Origin: the human T2T-CHM13v2.0 reference genome, Homo sapiens
Direction: 5' to 3' (one strand)
Assembly: GCF_009914755.1 (NCBI RefSeq)
Contig: NC_060928.1
Length of the DNA stretch: 64,000 nt
Shown: positions 27,490 to 47,425 of the stretch, piece after piece
Position numbering within the stretch: position 1 is the first letter of the stretch
Layout: the number at the start of each line of letters is the position of its first letter
Made by a program: the position numbers and the translations under genes
The notes under the pieces: generated by a model
The model's database searches: none
The model's input: the letters and a program-made list of their open reading frames with translations, nothing else
Told to the model about the DNA's origin: nothing

Positions 27490-28007
27490 GATTAAAACTG
27501 AGCACTGAACATACGTATACTCAATAACCCAACAATATCACAACTAGGTATAAACACCGTTTGTAGATGTGTAACAAATGCAATGTAAGGGTGTTTATAA
27601 CAGTACTATTGATAATAACCCCAAACTGAAAACAATCAAATATAATTCACTAGTAAACAGAATAAATAAATTTTAGTATATTCAAACAAGAGAATATTAT
27701 AGAGCAATAAGAATGAACAAACTATTATTACATGGAAAAACTAAATGACATCCATAGAGACAATATTAAATAAAAGAAACCAGGTAAGAAAGAGTATATG
27801 CTGCATAATATTGTTTATATAAAGTTTAAACATAGGCAAAACTAACCTATGGAAGTGGGATAATGGTACCTTTGAGGGAAATAGTGACTGGGAGGAAGTA
27901 TGAAGACAACCGCTGTACTGATGATATTCTTTTTCTTGATAACTTTGTAAAAATTTATTAAGCTGTACACTTATGAATTATGCCCCTTTTGTATGTATGT
28001 CACGTTC
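27490..28007 (+). mobile_element. L1ME/MC 3' end, with its terminus resuming after the MST at ~30790
   Basis: ACCCAACAATATCACAACTAGGTAT, AGGCAAAACTAACCTATGG, AAAATTTATTAAGCTGTACACTTATG. Confidence 0.75.
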
Positions 28008-30787
<2,780 letters not shown>

Positions 30788-31479
30788 CACTCTAATAACA
30801 AATTCACTTAATGTGTCCAGGATATATTGTTAAATGTACTTATTTCCTAAACAAACAAAAAGATACTCCCAAATCCATACAACCAAAGAAACACATATAT
30901 CAATTCCAGCACACAAATAAACATTTCTCCCCAGATGCAACAGAAGGTTTTTGTTGTTATTCATCACTCTTTTTTACCACATTTTTTTATAATCAAAAGA
31001 AGTTTTGACAAATGGCTCTGGAAGAATTACAATGTTGAGAAAAGATGAATATTAATGCAGAGGAAGGCACTGTCTGGTCCTGCCCATTTCTTTTAAAGTT
31101 ATCGGGTTGATCCAGTGCCATGTAAACAGTGTCTATCAAGCAGAACTTCCAATCGCCTCACATTAAAGTTTTAAATCTGAATGCTTGGTCGAATCTATCT
31201 TTTTTTACCTTGTTTCCCGATTTCCCACAAATCAAAGTAGCCTCTGACCCCATGATTCTTCTACATTCAGGACTCTTCATGCCTCTTGTACATCTTACTT
31301 CTTTTCTTGACCATTATTCATATTCTCCTACTTATTCTGCTTAGGGTCACCCAGAGTAAACAGACGCCTGCCTCTCAGACTCCCACATCTTGGTGCACCT
31401 CCCCTCATCTGCCTCTAGATTGCTCCTGATTCTGAAAGAAGTTTCTGAACCAAGGATGCAGCATTTTGTTTTGCTTTTA

Positions 31480-32690
31480 ATCTTTAAATTTCATTGTAAC
31501 ATTTAGACCTACAGAAAACCTACAAAAATAGTAGAAAAAATTCTTGTATAATTCTCTTCTAGATTTTCTAAATTAATATTACCACATTTGCTTTATCATT
31601 CCTCTCACTCTCTTTCTCTCTCTCTTTCTGTATTCTTGTTATTTGTCTTAGTTTTGTTCTTTAAAGCCACTGCAAACACTGAATTAGCAAATACCGAGTC
31701 ATTGTTCCTAAGGGAAATACAGGGTTAGGTTCCCATGAGTCTCTGGTCACAACATTTTCCACAACTGGATTCCACAAACACAAAACTTTGTTTTATGTGT
31801 ATTTCTGTTTAAAGACAACTTATTTAAAATATATTGTTGATTAACAGTGAACTCATGACCGACAGCACCATAACTCATGCCTGAACAGAGACTTTCTAAC
31901 ACATATATTCTCTCCAGAAGGCACAGCCTTCCTCCTGTTGGGAACACTAGACAGCACTTCAGCACTATGTCTGAGGGACATTTTAAACAGCAAAATCACC
32001 AATACAAAGCATAAGCATGTGAAAAATGTTACTCTAAATAGATTGTGAAAAGGACATTTGTTTACAGTGTGAGAGGTGAAACAAGAAGGCAGGGGATAGC
32101 TTGTTTGACCTCAGCTGGATTTGTGCTTATTTGGCAACTCATGTTTTCACCACTCTGTGCATGTCCACAAATGACTCCAAAAGTGTCACATGTATTGATT
32201 TTGTGATTACAAATCAATTTTAGTGAGGTATTGAATTTGGAAATATGGAACCCGTGAATAATGATTGACTACATGTATGTATATATGTATATAGGTATAT
32301 GTGTTTAAATATACACTCATACACATGCATACACATATAGCTATATGCACACAAACATATTTCTGAATCATTTGAGAGTAAGTTGCAAACATGATACTCC
32401 TTTAGTTCTAAATAATTTAATATGTGTTTACCAAAAATAGGGATATTGTTTTCCATAACCGCATTACAATGATCACAATCAAGAAATTAACCTTAATAAA
32501 ATGCTATTATCACAGTTAAAGATTTTATTTACCAAATATTTTTGGTAATGATTTTAGTTTACCAAATATTTCACTAAGGGCTGTTATATTTCAGAATGTA
32601 ATCAAGAATCATGTTTCATTTTGTTGTCATATCCCTTCAGTCTCCTTTAATCTGTAAGAATTCCTTAGCCTTTATTTATTTTTCATTAGT
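31480..32690 (-). mobile_element. L1MC4/5-like 3' fragment, interrupted by MER82
   Basis: TTAGACCTACAGAAAACCTACAAAAATAGTA...CACATTTGCTTTATC, and TCTGAATCATTTGAGAGTAAGTTGCA. Confidence 0.65.
31625..32270 (-). mobile_element. MER82 (TcMar-Tigger non-autonomous DNA transposon)
   Basis: AACACTGAATTAGCAAATAC, GGGAAATACAGGGTTAGGTTCC, GGAACACTAGACAGCACTTCAGCACTA, TTTGACCTCAGCTGG. Confidence 0.8.
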
Positions 32691-32785
32691 ATTGCTTTTT
32701 TGGTTGTGTCCGAGATGAAGATGTATTATAAGGAGAAAATTATAAAAATCATATATTTTTTATATTTATATAAATATAATTTATA

Positions 32786-32930
32786 TCCCAGCACTTTGGG
32801 AGGCTGAGGCGGGTGGATCACAAGGTCAGGAGATCGAGACCATCCTGGCTAACATGGTGAAACCCCGTCTTTACTAAAAATAAAAAAAATTAGCCAGGTG
32901 TGGTGGCACACGCCTGTAGTCCCAGCTACT
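32786..32930 (+). mobile_element. Alu fragment (AluY/Sc-like), truncated at both ends
   Basis: TCCCAGCACTTTGGGAGG...GAGATCGAGACCATCCTGGCTAAC...GTAGTCCCAGCTACT, then an abrupt join to L1. Confidence 0.9.
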
Positions 32931-35030
<2,100 letters not shown>

Positions 35031-35135
35031 AAATATACATCCTAGTATTATTAAGATGGCATCCAGTGAAACATCAAGTAATCTTGTAAACTACATAACT
35101 GCTATGCTGTCTTTACTTTTTTCACTCCCTAGCTT

Positions 35136-35241
35136 CAAATACAAAAACATAGAAACAATACAAGAAAAACAGAATATGCTTTATCAAAACAAAAACATAA
35201 AAACAATACAAGAAAATCAGAATATGCTTTAGCAAAACAAA
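35136..35241 (+). repeat. ~48-bp tandem duplication (2.2 copies)
   Basis: CAAATACAAAAACATAGAAACAATACAAGAAAAACAGAATATGCTTTAT / CAAAACAAAAACATAAAAACAATACAAGAAAATCAGAATATGCTTTAG. Confidence 0.9.
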
Positions 35242-35819
35242 TCCAAAGAGAACGATGAAAACTTTTCATCAGAAGGAGGGCTAGAGGTAATTTCATTATC
35301 ATTTTACCATTAGCATTTCCCATGGGTTTGCATTTACTTTTATTGTTAATCTTGACTTTTAAGATTTGTGAAAAGCACTATTTACAAAGCTGTTAGCGGG
35401 ATCTCCCTTAAGGTAGGAGATAAATGGACTTGATTAGTCTGTGTTCTCAGGCATGTTGGAAAGGGAGATATCCTGGGAGTTAAGTTTGAATTTAGGGACT
35501 GTAATTCCAACACAGAAAAGTCTATCTTCTTAACTAGAATACTTGTTCTTGTCCCGGCGGTGTAGTGAATATGCTGCATGGTCAAATTGGTTTGTATAAG
35601 TGGAAACTGATAATATGTGAGAACGCCATGCTGCAGAAGTGAAGTTTGGTGGCATTTGAGCTTCTAAATAAGAGCTAAGCAAGTTTCCCTGATTCTTCTG
35701 CCTTCATTTGGAAACATATCATCAGAAACATCAAACTGGAGGAAATGTAAGAAATCATCTTGCCTTTCTAAATTTTGAGGTGTTTTTTTTTTCTATTAAA
35801 ATAGATGTATATTTTTAAA

Positions 35820-36000
35820 AAGCTAACATTCACAGAGTCTTAATGATGTGCTAGATGTATTTCATTACTTAATTTTCACAACAATTGTCTCAGGTATGTG
35901 TTACTATTTACAACTTACAGATGGTAAAAGTGAAGTGCAATAATTTGCCCTAGATCACACAGCTAATAAGTGATCAATTGAAGTCTGAAGTCAGAACTAA
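35820..36000. mobile_element. MIR
   Basis: TTTCACAACAA...TTACAGATGGTAAAAGTGAAG...TAATTTGCCCTAGATCACACAGCTAATAAGTG (MIR core). Confidence 0.8.
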
Positions 36001-38369
36001 CAAAAAAGTTTCTGATGATCTCATTACATCACTCTTATTTCCTGGGTCGAATATTTCCATCTTCTCTGATGGATTTGTTACTATGCTAATAGTTATTAAT
36101 ACGTATTAGTGGTCTTAAGAAAAATTATCAATTAGGTAAAATCTGCTCTTGGTACCTTCCTAGCCATCATCTTAAACAAGACATTTACGTATCTAGCTCG
36201 TATGTCTTGGTCCAGTGTCTTTAAAGATTTATTTCCATTATCTATCACTCGAATTTTCTCTGATCTGAGGGTGTCACCTAGGTGGACCAATTAGTATTTG
36301 TAAATGTGAAAATGGGAAATAACTAGATGAGTACCTTTGGGAGACCATATGCACATTTTTTTCTAATACAGTGTTAGTATTGGTGTCTGATTCTTTGAGG
36401 TGAGATTTTTCAGCCAATCCATAGAAAGTAGTTTGGTGTCAGGTCTACTAATGAGGTAGAGAGGAGCACATGTGTAAAAAATAGATTATTAATGCTCAAA
36501 ATTTCTCTGTTACCTGTTTTACAACCCTTGACAGGTTAACAAAATCCACGCAGGAAATTAAAATGGTATATTAGGAGATTTAAAGGAGGTCTGACTTCTG
36601 TAGGACCAAGCAGGTTTTTATTATTAAATAATGCATAGAGAAGTTTAAGAATGTTTGTGAAAAGGTTTTCATTATTTTTCACCATGAAAAAAAATGTAAA
36701 ATATAGTAGCAGAAATATCAAAGTTTGAATGAAACAGTTATGATAATTTCAATTGTAAGTTGAAATCATCCAGCAATCTCTAAACCTACAGCATTTCATG
36801 TATTTCATTGTGCAGGAGAGCTTCAAATGGCTGGAGAGTTTTACAATACCCTTAGCCAATACCCTTACCTTATGAGATGGAAACACAGAGAAGTTTTTGT
36901 TGCATTCAAAATGTCTGAAGATTATTGCATGTCAAAGGAAAATTCACTTCTGAGCTCTATGTGTTTAATGTTGCTGAATGAGAAAAAAATGAAAGATTTG
37001 ACCAGTTTATTACAAAGCTTGAGATACAATTAGTCTACTGGTGAATAAAAACATGAAAACTTAGGAAATGAAGTGGAAAATCATCATTATCAAATACATG
37101 TTACTTTTTGCAATTTCAAAGCAAAAAACCATACACATATACATATAAATATACATGTGCACAGAGTTTACTATCATCTAGTGCCAAATTAAGTTACATA
37201 AGAGAGGGGAGGAGAGTCAAATAGCTGTAAGGCAGGACAGTGAAGGTAAATTGCTTTTTTGCTAAGAAAAAGTACTATTTCTGATTCTCCATACTCAGGG
37301 AACTGATAAGAAAATTTTGTTAAATAAATAAATGCTTATTAAATTCCAGAATCTGCATTGATCTGCTTCAGTAAAATGATTATATTTCACACAGTTACTG
37401 TGATTGGAGCTACCTCCTTGTTATGTTTATAGTACCCTCATCTGCCGTTGTTCATGGGATATTTGTGAAGGCCTAGATGAATTGATAGAGAAATGATGCA
37501 TCACCACTACATCCTTAAATTCTTTGATGGTAGTAGACATCCCTGCAATTCTTTGTGAGATATGGTATTTCTTCTGATTTACTTACTTTGGATTATTTAC
37601 CTTGGCCAGGAGACACAAATTTCAGGGACTTTCTACTGTATCTCCCATTCCAGCCAATGTGACCTGCTATATATATATATATATCTGCATCAATTACACA
37701 TTTATAACCTGAGGAAAGAACCAGAGTGAGTTCAAGGACCTATGGATGTACTATCAGATTATCCTGGGCTATAACTGCATTGATTACTTGGCTTCTATAA
37801 GCCCTCTTTAAAATTAGAGGACTAAGATTGTATTTTGCATTGCCTTGGAAAATCTAGGTATTACTTGTTTCTAAGTGGCCTTTACCCTGGCAAAATAGCT
37901 TAGGGTTTCTTTGGAGCAAGCAAGAAAGATAATTATCATATATTCCTCGGGTTTCATTGCAGGGTCATTCTTCAAAGAGATCTTATCACCCATTCAAACA
38001 ATATTGACAAATGTAGATCTAGAAGCTGGATGAATATGGTGATTTTCCATTATGGTACCTGACATCAGCTTTCTGCTCACTGGGTCTTAATTTCTTTTTT
38101 TATTGCACCAATCAAACAATTTAGAACTTAGCTGTTCTTATATCTCAACTGTATGGACATCACGATTTATTCACCATCACTGGAAATCCCTGTGTGTCAA
38201 GCACGCTAAGTACCTCTCTGGTCTTGATGCCATGATATTAATTACATCTACCTTGCCTCTGATGGTTAGGTGTTTCCAACAACCTTCTGCCAATCCGGAG
38301 GTCATTTCTATGGCAAAGGACAGTAACCAGTGAGCTTCTCAAAAATTCCAGTTCCCCATAACAACAAAA

Positions 38370-39470
<1,101 letters not shown>

Positions 39471-40263
39471 ATGGGATTCACAAAGAAAATGTCTTCCTCC
39501 CTAGCTTGTCATATTTAAAAGTCCTACAAACAGATACATGCCTTTAGATTAAGTTAGTGTTTATAAAAGGTTGTGATTGAAATGCAAACAACTTTCATTG
39601 AAAGAATAAATTATTAACCAACAACATGGATTATTTTATGAATGTAGCTTTTATCTCCTAGAAAACAGTACTAAGGGAGTGACACGTGGGGGAAGGCCCA
39701 AAATAAACATCTTAAAAGTTAAAATTAATATTGCCTGATGGCAATAGAAACATTGACATCTTTCTTTGTTGTCCAATTTTTATTCAGCTATATCTTCTTA
39801 GTTAGGCCTTTACTGAGGTCTGTAGGCTCCCAGGTTCCGTGAAGTCTTCAGTTCTGTAGAAGCACCAGCAGAGACTACTAGTGAGGGGGTTTCCCCCATG
39901 AGTTCAAGAAACACTTGGAGATCTGCATGGGAGCATGGATGTAAGGATTATAAGGTGAACAATTCTAGAAAGTATCTTGATCTGTAAGCATTATGGATGA
40001 GGGTTGTAGGTAACATTGGCTGTCATGAATATTACTGGTCTTCCGGACTTCCAAAGGAAAAGAAGTAATTGAGTCATTCCAGCCCTAAGCTTGGGAGACT
40101 ATGAGGAAAAGGGAGGCTTCCTCAAAGTCAATAATCCATCAGAGGACCAGAAGGGACACTGTTGAGCTCTTAGCCATTTTAGGGAATGCTGCCTCTTAAA
40201 GAAATCCAACAACCATGAGTCCCAGTGAGCAATCAAAAACAAAAACAAAAACAGAAAGCATCC

Positions 40264-40267
<4 letters not shown>

Positions 40268-40296
<29 letters not shown>
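40268..40296 (+). repeat. (CAT)n microsatellite
   Basis: About nine ATC/CAT units. Confidence 0.95.
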
Positions 40297-40366
40297 TTAG
40301 TGGGTCCAAAAGGCTGAGAAAAGTTATGTGATAAGCAGACCACATGCGCAGTGAATTGCAACTAGT

Positions 40367-40505
40367 GAAATAGGCAGATGATAACATAAACAGAAAAACA
40401 ATAATTGCACTTGAAGAAATTAAAATGGAATTAGAACTACCGAAATAGACAGATGACAACATAAACAGAAAAACAGTAATCATACCTGAAGAAATTAAAA
40501 TAGAG
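40367..40505 (+). repeat. 75-bp-period tandem duplication in old L1/HAL1 ORF1-like sequence
   Basis: GAAATAGGCAGATGATAACATAAACAGAAAAACA...TGAAGAAATTAAAAT starts at 40367 and again at 40442. Confidence 0.85.
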
Positions 40506-40584
40506 CCACATAGCAAAATGTGACCTAAATGCAGTACATAAGCCAAAAACATAAATTCATAACTAGATAAATCAATGGATAGAC

Positions 40585-40634
40585 TTTATGCTACCAGCAA
40601 TAATGTAGTAATTGGGCCTAACTTACCCTCCCAC

Positions 40635-40669
<35 letters not shown>

Positions 40670-43000
40670 GGAAAATTGAACAACTATATGGAAAAACAGT
40701 TTTATGACAGTGGGCAACAGGCGGTGAAGGTTATAGTGGTCCCAGGAGAAGGCACACAAAAGAGGTGAGCCCTACACCTACAATCTATTAATGCAATTGA
40801 TTTGTTGCCTGCAGGCATTTTCCAGATCATAATGCATGTATGGTCTTCCAAGCAGAATATAGTAATTTCAATGAATTGAGGAGACAAAAATAAGAATTTG
40901 GGGAGTTTAAGGCAGCTAAACATTTGGGCCTGAGTTCCAGAGGAGAAAGAACTATGCAGAAAAGAGATCCAGACATTTTCAGAGGAGTTCCTTTGAATCT
41001 GTTGCATTTTTGAGGTGAAACTCCATGACAATTCTTGAAAGCTTACGTAGATTGTAAAGATATTTGAGTTCTGACTAGTCAGACCAGAGTGTCCTTGTTA
41101 AAAACCCAGACAATTTAGTGGAAATACTAGGAGAATCTTGCCTTAGTATTAGTACAAATCTAGCTCCAGCATAAAGACTATTCTAAATCCATCATAAGAA
41201 AGTTTAAAAACAATCCTCTGAATGATCAAGTATGCATTTAATTTAAGTGAATTTCACAGCAAAGTTCACCACTGTTTAAAGGAAGAAAACATAATCCAGT
41301 ATTTAACTGTATAAATTTCACAATATTCAGAATCCAATAAAATTACTAGATATGACAAGGCAGGAAAATATATTCATTATAAGGAGAAAAATCAGTCAAT
41401 AGAAACAGACTTATAAATGCTAGACATAATGGGAATATCAGTCAAAGAAACAGCTATAGCATGTAAAGGGAGCTATTAATATAATGAGGAGAGAAATAGA
41501 ATATATAAAAATGACAAATAGTATTTCTAGAAGTGAAAAATTGACTGCAAGGAATTAATAGATTAAATTCTGTAGAAAAAAATCTCAGTGATCTGGAAGA
41601 TATGGCAATAGAAACATTTTAAACTATAGCAGAGAGAGAAAAGAGGTTGGAAAAAATGAACAGAACAGAAAATAAAAGAAATCAATAACTAGGTCTTTGA
41701 GAAGATAAGCAAAATTGATAAACACTAGCTAGACAGATGGTGTAGGAAAGAGAAAAGACACAAATAACCAATATCGGAAATGAAAGATAGGAAATTACCA
41801 CAGACTCTACAGGCATTAAAAGGATAATAAGAGATATTGTAATAAACTCTAGGCCACCATTAGTCAACAAAATGGAAACCTGGATATTTTAATATCCTTA
41901 TTTTATTCAGGAAATTGCATTAATTCGATAATTGAATTAACCCCCACCCCCAATCCAAGTAGATGTAGTTTCACTGGCTAATTTGATCAAACACTTCAGG
42001 AAGAAATAATACCAATGCTATATAAACTCTTTCATAAAATAGAAAAGGAAATACTTCCCAACTTATTTTAAGAGGCCAGCATTATCCTGATACCAAAAGT
42101 AGATCAGAAATTATAACAAAAGAAAACTACAGACCAGTATTTCTTATGAACATAGATGCAAAAGCCTTTAAAATACATTTGTAAATAAATGCAGCAAGCA
42201 AGAAAAAGGACACTATATTACTATTAAATGTGTTTATTCTCAGGAATGCAGATTGCTTTAATGGTCAAAGATGAATCCATGTATTTGCCAATATTAAAAG
42301 ACTAAAAAGGAAAACCCACACAATCATATCAATAGATGAAAAAAATTAACAAAGTTTAGTACTCACTTATAATAATACATTCAGCAAACAGAAGGTAGCT
42401 TCCTCATCTAAATAAAGAGCATCTGCAAATGAATAAATAATATGTGGAAAAAGATGGCCACTGTTCATATGCCAATTAATGCTTGGAAGGTTAATTCGAT
42501 AAAAGATTTAAAAGCACAGAGCAAAAACATGAAGATTTGGAAATCATGAGGGAAAGGACAGAAGACAATAGCTTCAGAACATCTAACATTAAAAAAATTG
42601 GCGTTTTGGAAGGTATGCGACAGAGCAAAACAAGCAACTATTTAACAAGATTTTTTTCCTAAGTGAAGAAAGATTGAATGCAGTATTCATGCAGTATTCA
42701 TGCAGTATTGAAGACACTTATAAAAATAGTGAATTCTAAGTATAAAGATATGCTATAAATTTTCAAACAAAATAAGAATATTATTCAAAAAGAATGTTTT
42801 CTGCCCAAGAAAATGAATTGGAATATCATCAGCCACTTACCTGCAACACTAGAATGCAGAAGACTGGAATAATATCTATGAATTACAGAAAGAAAAAGAG
42901 TTATAATTCAGGAGTCTTCTATTCAAACTAGATGTCATGCACCTGTTAAGGAGAAAGAAAAGTATTTGAAGATGTCCAAGAAATTATAAAACTTTTAACA
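40585..43000 (+). mobile_element. Patchwork of old L1M 5'/ORF1/ORF2 and HAL1-like fragments
   Basis: L1M-type 5' region (40585-41400), ORF1-like pieces, ORF2 piece with AACTACAGACCAGTATTTCTTATGAACATAGATGC (42125), ORF1 C-terminal-like sequence at 42530-42990. Confidence 0.65.
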
Positions 43001-43003
43001 TAT

Positions 43004-43393
43004 TATTATAATGTGGATATTTCCCCCTAAACCTCATGTTGAAATTTGATCCCCAATGGTGTAGATAAGGCTTGATGGAAGGTGTTTGAGTCATGGGGGT
43101 GAATCCCTCATGAATGGCCTGGTGCCATCCTTGTGGTAATGAGTGAGTTCTTGCTCTAGTAGTTCCCATGATAGCTGGTTGTTAAAAAGAACCTAGCACC
43201 TCCCTCTCCTCTCTCTTTTGCTTCCTCTCTCACCATGTGATCTCTGCACATACCAGCTCCCCTTCACCTTCTGCCATGAGTGGAAGTAGCTTGTGGCCCC
43301 CATCAGAAGCAGATGCTGATACCATACTTCTTGTACAGCCTGCAGAATCATGAGCCAGATAAACCTCTTTTCTTTATAAAGCACCCAGCATCA
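43004..43393 (+). mobile_element. MSTB-like solo LTR, 3'-truncated
   Basis: CTCATGTTGAAATTTGATCCCCAATG...AATGAGTGAGTTCTTGCTCT...CAGCCTGCAGAATCATGAGCCAGATAAACCTC. Confidence 0.85.
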
Positions 43394-43394
43394 T

Positions 43395-45290
43395 TAACCA
43401 ATTTGACCTAATTGATATAAGGAATAATATACACTTTCCACATGGCCATGGGACATTGAACAAAAAGAGTATATTCTGAGTCATGAAGAAGTCTTAAGAA
43501 ATGTCAAATGATTGAAAGCATACAATATATGTTCTCCTACTAGATTGGAAGTAAGCCAGAAATAAATAGCAGAAACATAGAAAAAAAAATCAAAATATCT
43601 GGAATTCTCAAATTTCAAATTTTTAATCAGTACTTTTCAAGATAACTCATTGCATCAAATAGGAAAGACCATTTGAAATTATGAAGTATTTTGAACAGAC
43701 CGGTCATGAAAATAGGACACATCAAAACTTGTAAGACATAGGTAAAACAGTACTTAGAGTATACCATTAGCTTCAAATGTATATATTAGAAAAAAAAGGT
43801 TGAGAATCTACCATCAAAGCTTATATCTCATGAGAATAGAAAAGAACTACAAATTAAATAGAAAAGAACTACAAATTAAATACAAAGAAGGCCAAAAGAA
43901 GTATATGTAAATATAAAAGCAAAAATAAAGTAGAAAACAAACCTGCAGGTAAGAATATTTACAAAGCCAAAAATTGTTAATTTTCTGTGTCAACTTCACT
44001 GGGCCATGAGGTACCCAGATATTTGGTTAACCATTTTTCTGAGTGTGTCTGTTAGGGTGTTTCTTTATGAGGTTAACATTTGAATTGGTAGACTGATTAA
44101 AGCAGATTGCCCTCCCTAATGTAGGTTGGCCTTATCCAATTTATTGACAGCCCAAATAGAATAAAAATGCTGTGTAAGGGAGCTTCATTCTCTCTCTGAC
44201 TGCCTTTGAGCTGAGACGCCAGTCTTTTGCCTTCAGACTTGGACTTGGAGTCAGACTGGAATTTATATCATTAGATCTTCTGCTTCTCAAGCCTTCAGAC
44301 TTAGATGGGAACTATACCAGCAGCTCTTCTGGGTCTTTAGCTTGCTGACTGAAGATCTTGGGATTACTCAGCCTATATAATTTTATAAGCAATTTCTTAT
44401 AATAAATATCTTTTTATGTAGATCCTCTATTGGTTCTGTTTCTTTTGAAAACCCTGACTAATATGATTACATCCTTGAACATTTCAATAAAATTTTATTA
44501 ATAACTAGAAAGACTTATCAAAAATAAAAGAAAGAAGCCAATAGTTACTATTAGGGAAGAAAAGGTTTTATCACCATACTCCCTAAAGAAATTAGAAGTA
44601 TAATGAATCATATTTTGTACAACTCTATGACAATAAACTTAACACCTAAGATGAACTTTTTAAAATCTTGAAAAATACACTTACCAAAACTGACACAAGA
44701 AATAATTGAAAAATCTAAATAATTTATATATATTAAAGAAATTAAATCCTCAAGTAAAAACTTTCCCATAAAGACTTCAGGAAGAGATGGCCTCACTGAT
44801 GAATTCTCCAAAACTTTTAAAGAAGAAAATATATCAGTCTTAAAACAACTTTTTCAGAGACCAGATAAAGAGGTAATACTTCTTGTTTTATGAGACCAAC
44901 ATAATCCTAACATCAAAGCCTGAAAAGAATATCAAAAGAAGGGAAAGTTATAGGCTTATGTATTTTATGAAAACAGATGCAAATTCTTAAACATAAGATT
45001 AACAAATTGAATCTATTAATATGTGGAAACTATAATACCTCATGACTAAGTGAGGTCCATCCAAAAAATACAAGGTTGTCTTAACATTCAAAAATCAATG
45101 AATTAAAAATATTAACCTAATTTATCACATTAACAGAATAAGGGAAAGAAAAATCCACATGATCATCTCAATAGATGCTGAAAAACCATTTGATAAAATT
45201 TAACCCATATTTATGATAACAACTGAGAGTACAAAAAGCATCTTTAACCTGAGAAAGAACACATATATGTATTTTTAAAAAAACAGCTAA
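43395..45290 (+). mobile_element. Old L1M ORF2 (EN to RT) fragment, interrupted by MLT2
   Basis: Degraded EN/Z region, then CACATGATCATCTCAATAGATGCTGAAAAACCATTTGATAAAATT ([15 protein letters not shown]). Confidence 0.8.
43972..44465 (+). mobile_element. MLT2 (ERVL) solo LTR
   Basis: GTTAATTTTCTGTGTCAACTT...AAAGCAGATTGCCCTCCCTAATGTAGG...TCCTCTATTGGTTCTGTTTC...ACCCTGACTAATA. Confidence 0.88.
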
Positions 45291-46638
45291 TGTAGTCAGG
45301 AGAACAATGCATGGGCAAAGTTAGAATTTCACCAAAGAGATATGAAATATAAAGAAGTGCTAAACAGAAATTTTGGAGCTGAAGGATGTAATAGCTGAAT
45401 AACAAAATTTAGTGGAGCAGTTCAACAGCCAACTAGATTAAGCAGAAGAAAGAATTAACGAACTTGAAGACAGGACATTGAAAATTATCCACTCAGAGGA
45501 GAATTTAAAAAGAGTGAAGAAAATTTAAGGCACTTATAGAAAAACATTAAGCAGTTAAGCAGACCAATCAAGTCCAGAGAGAGAGAGAGAGAGAGGAGAG
45601 CAGAAAACTTATTCAAAAGCAATGTCTGAAAATGTCCCAAATCTGGGGAAGGAAGGGGGCATGCAGATTTGGAAAGCCCAGTGAATCCTGAATAAGAAGA
45701 ATCCAAAGTAATCAACATGGAGACACATTATAAGCAAATTGTCAAATGTCAAAGACAAGGAGTAAATTTTAAGAACAGCAAGGGGAAAGGGACTTCTCAT
45801 GTACAAGAAAATCTCAATAGTATTAATGGATTTTGCAGCAAAGATCTCACAGTCCAGAAGTGAGTGGGATCAATGTGCTGAAATTAAGAAAAAAAAAAAA
45901 AAGAAAAAAAGAAAAAAGGTCAATCAATAATAACATTTCCAGCAAAACTGTTCTTCAAAAATAAAGGAGAGATAAAGACTTTTCAAGAAAAACAAAAGCT
46001 GAGGGAGTTCACTGCCACTACATATTCCTTACAAGAAATGCTCAAGGGAGTTTTTCAGGTTGAAATGAAAGTATACTGAACAGCCGTACAAAAGCCTATG
46101 AAAGTATAAAACTTACTGGTAAAGGTAAATATATGGAAATACAGAGAACGATAATACTCTAATAGTGATGGATAGGCCATTTTAAATTCTAGTTTAAAAG
46201 TTAAAAGACAAATGTATTTTAAAAACTGTCACTATAAAAATATCTTAATATATATTATAAAAAGATGTAAATTGTAAAATCAATAACATGAAGTAAGAAT
46301 GTGTGAGAAGAAAAAATATAAAATCTCTGTATGCTATTGAAGTGAAGTTGTTATTGGCTTAAAGTAGACTGTTATAACTATAAGATGATTTATGTAAACC
46401 CTATGGTAACCTTAACAATATACCTATAGGAAATAGATAAAAGAAAAAAAGAAAGGAATTAAAGTATATCAATTTTAAAAATCAAGGAAACCCAAAGGAA
46501 TAAAGCAAGAGAGGAAATGAGATAAAAGAACTACACAACAGAAAAAAATTAACAAAATGGCAACAGTAAATCTTTCCCTATCAATAATTACTTTAAATGT
46601 AAATGGATTAAATTTCTCAATCAAAATACAAAGTAGCT

Positions 46639-46959
<321 letters not shown>

Positions 46960-47292
46960 CTACAAGAAATTCACTGTAAAGTTAAAGATACTCATAGGCT
47001 AAAAGTGAAGAGATGGTGTGGTAAGATATTTCATGCAAATGGCAACCAAAAGAGAGCCAGGTATGAGTAGCTATACATATCAAACAAAATAGTGTTTAAG
47101 TAAAAAATGTCACAAGAGATAATGAAAGACATTATGTAATCATAAAAGGATTATTTACCAAGAAAGATATAACAATTATAGATCAATATACGCCTAACAT
47201 TAGAGCATATATATATATATATAGATATTCAGATATATATCTATAGATGTATAAATAATAGTAGGAGATTTCAATACCAAGTATCTATTTAT

Positions 47293-47425
47293 AATCTACT
47301 TTTATTGAATTACTATTTCTTCCCTCTGTTTAATCAATGTTTGCTTATGTATATAAGCATATATAAATATATAGCAAACACTGATTAAACGGAAGGGAGA
47401 AATAGCAATACAGTAATAGGAGATT
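47293..47425. repeat. Inverted repeat (53-bp arms, 27-bp spacer) within the L1 EN region
   Basis: The reverse complement of 47293-47345 matches 47373-47425 at 44 of 53 positions (hand alignment). Confidence 0.85.
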
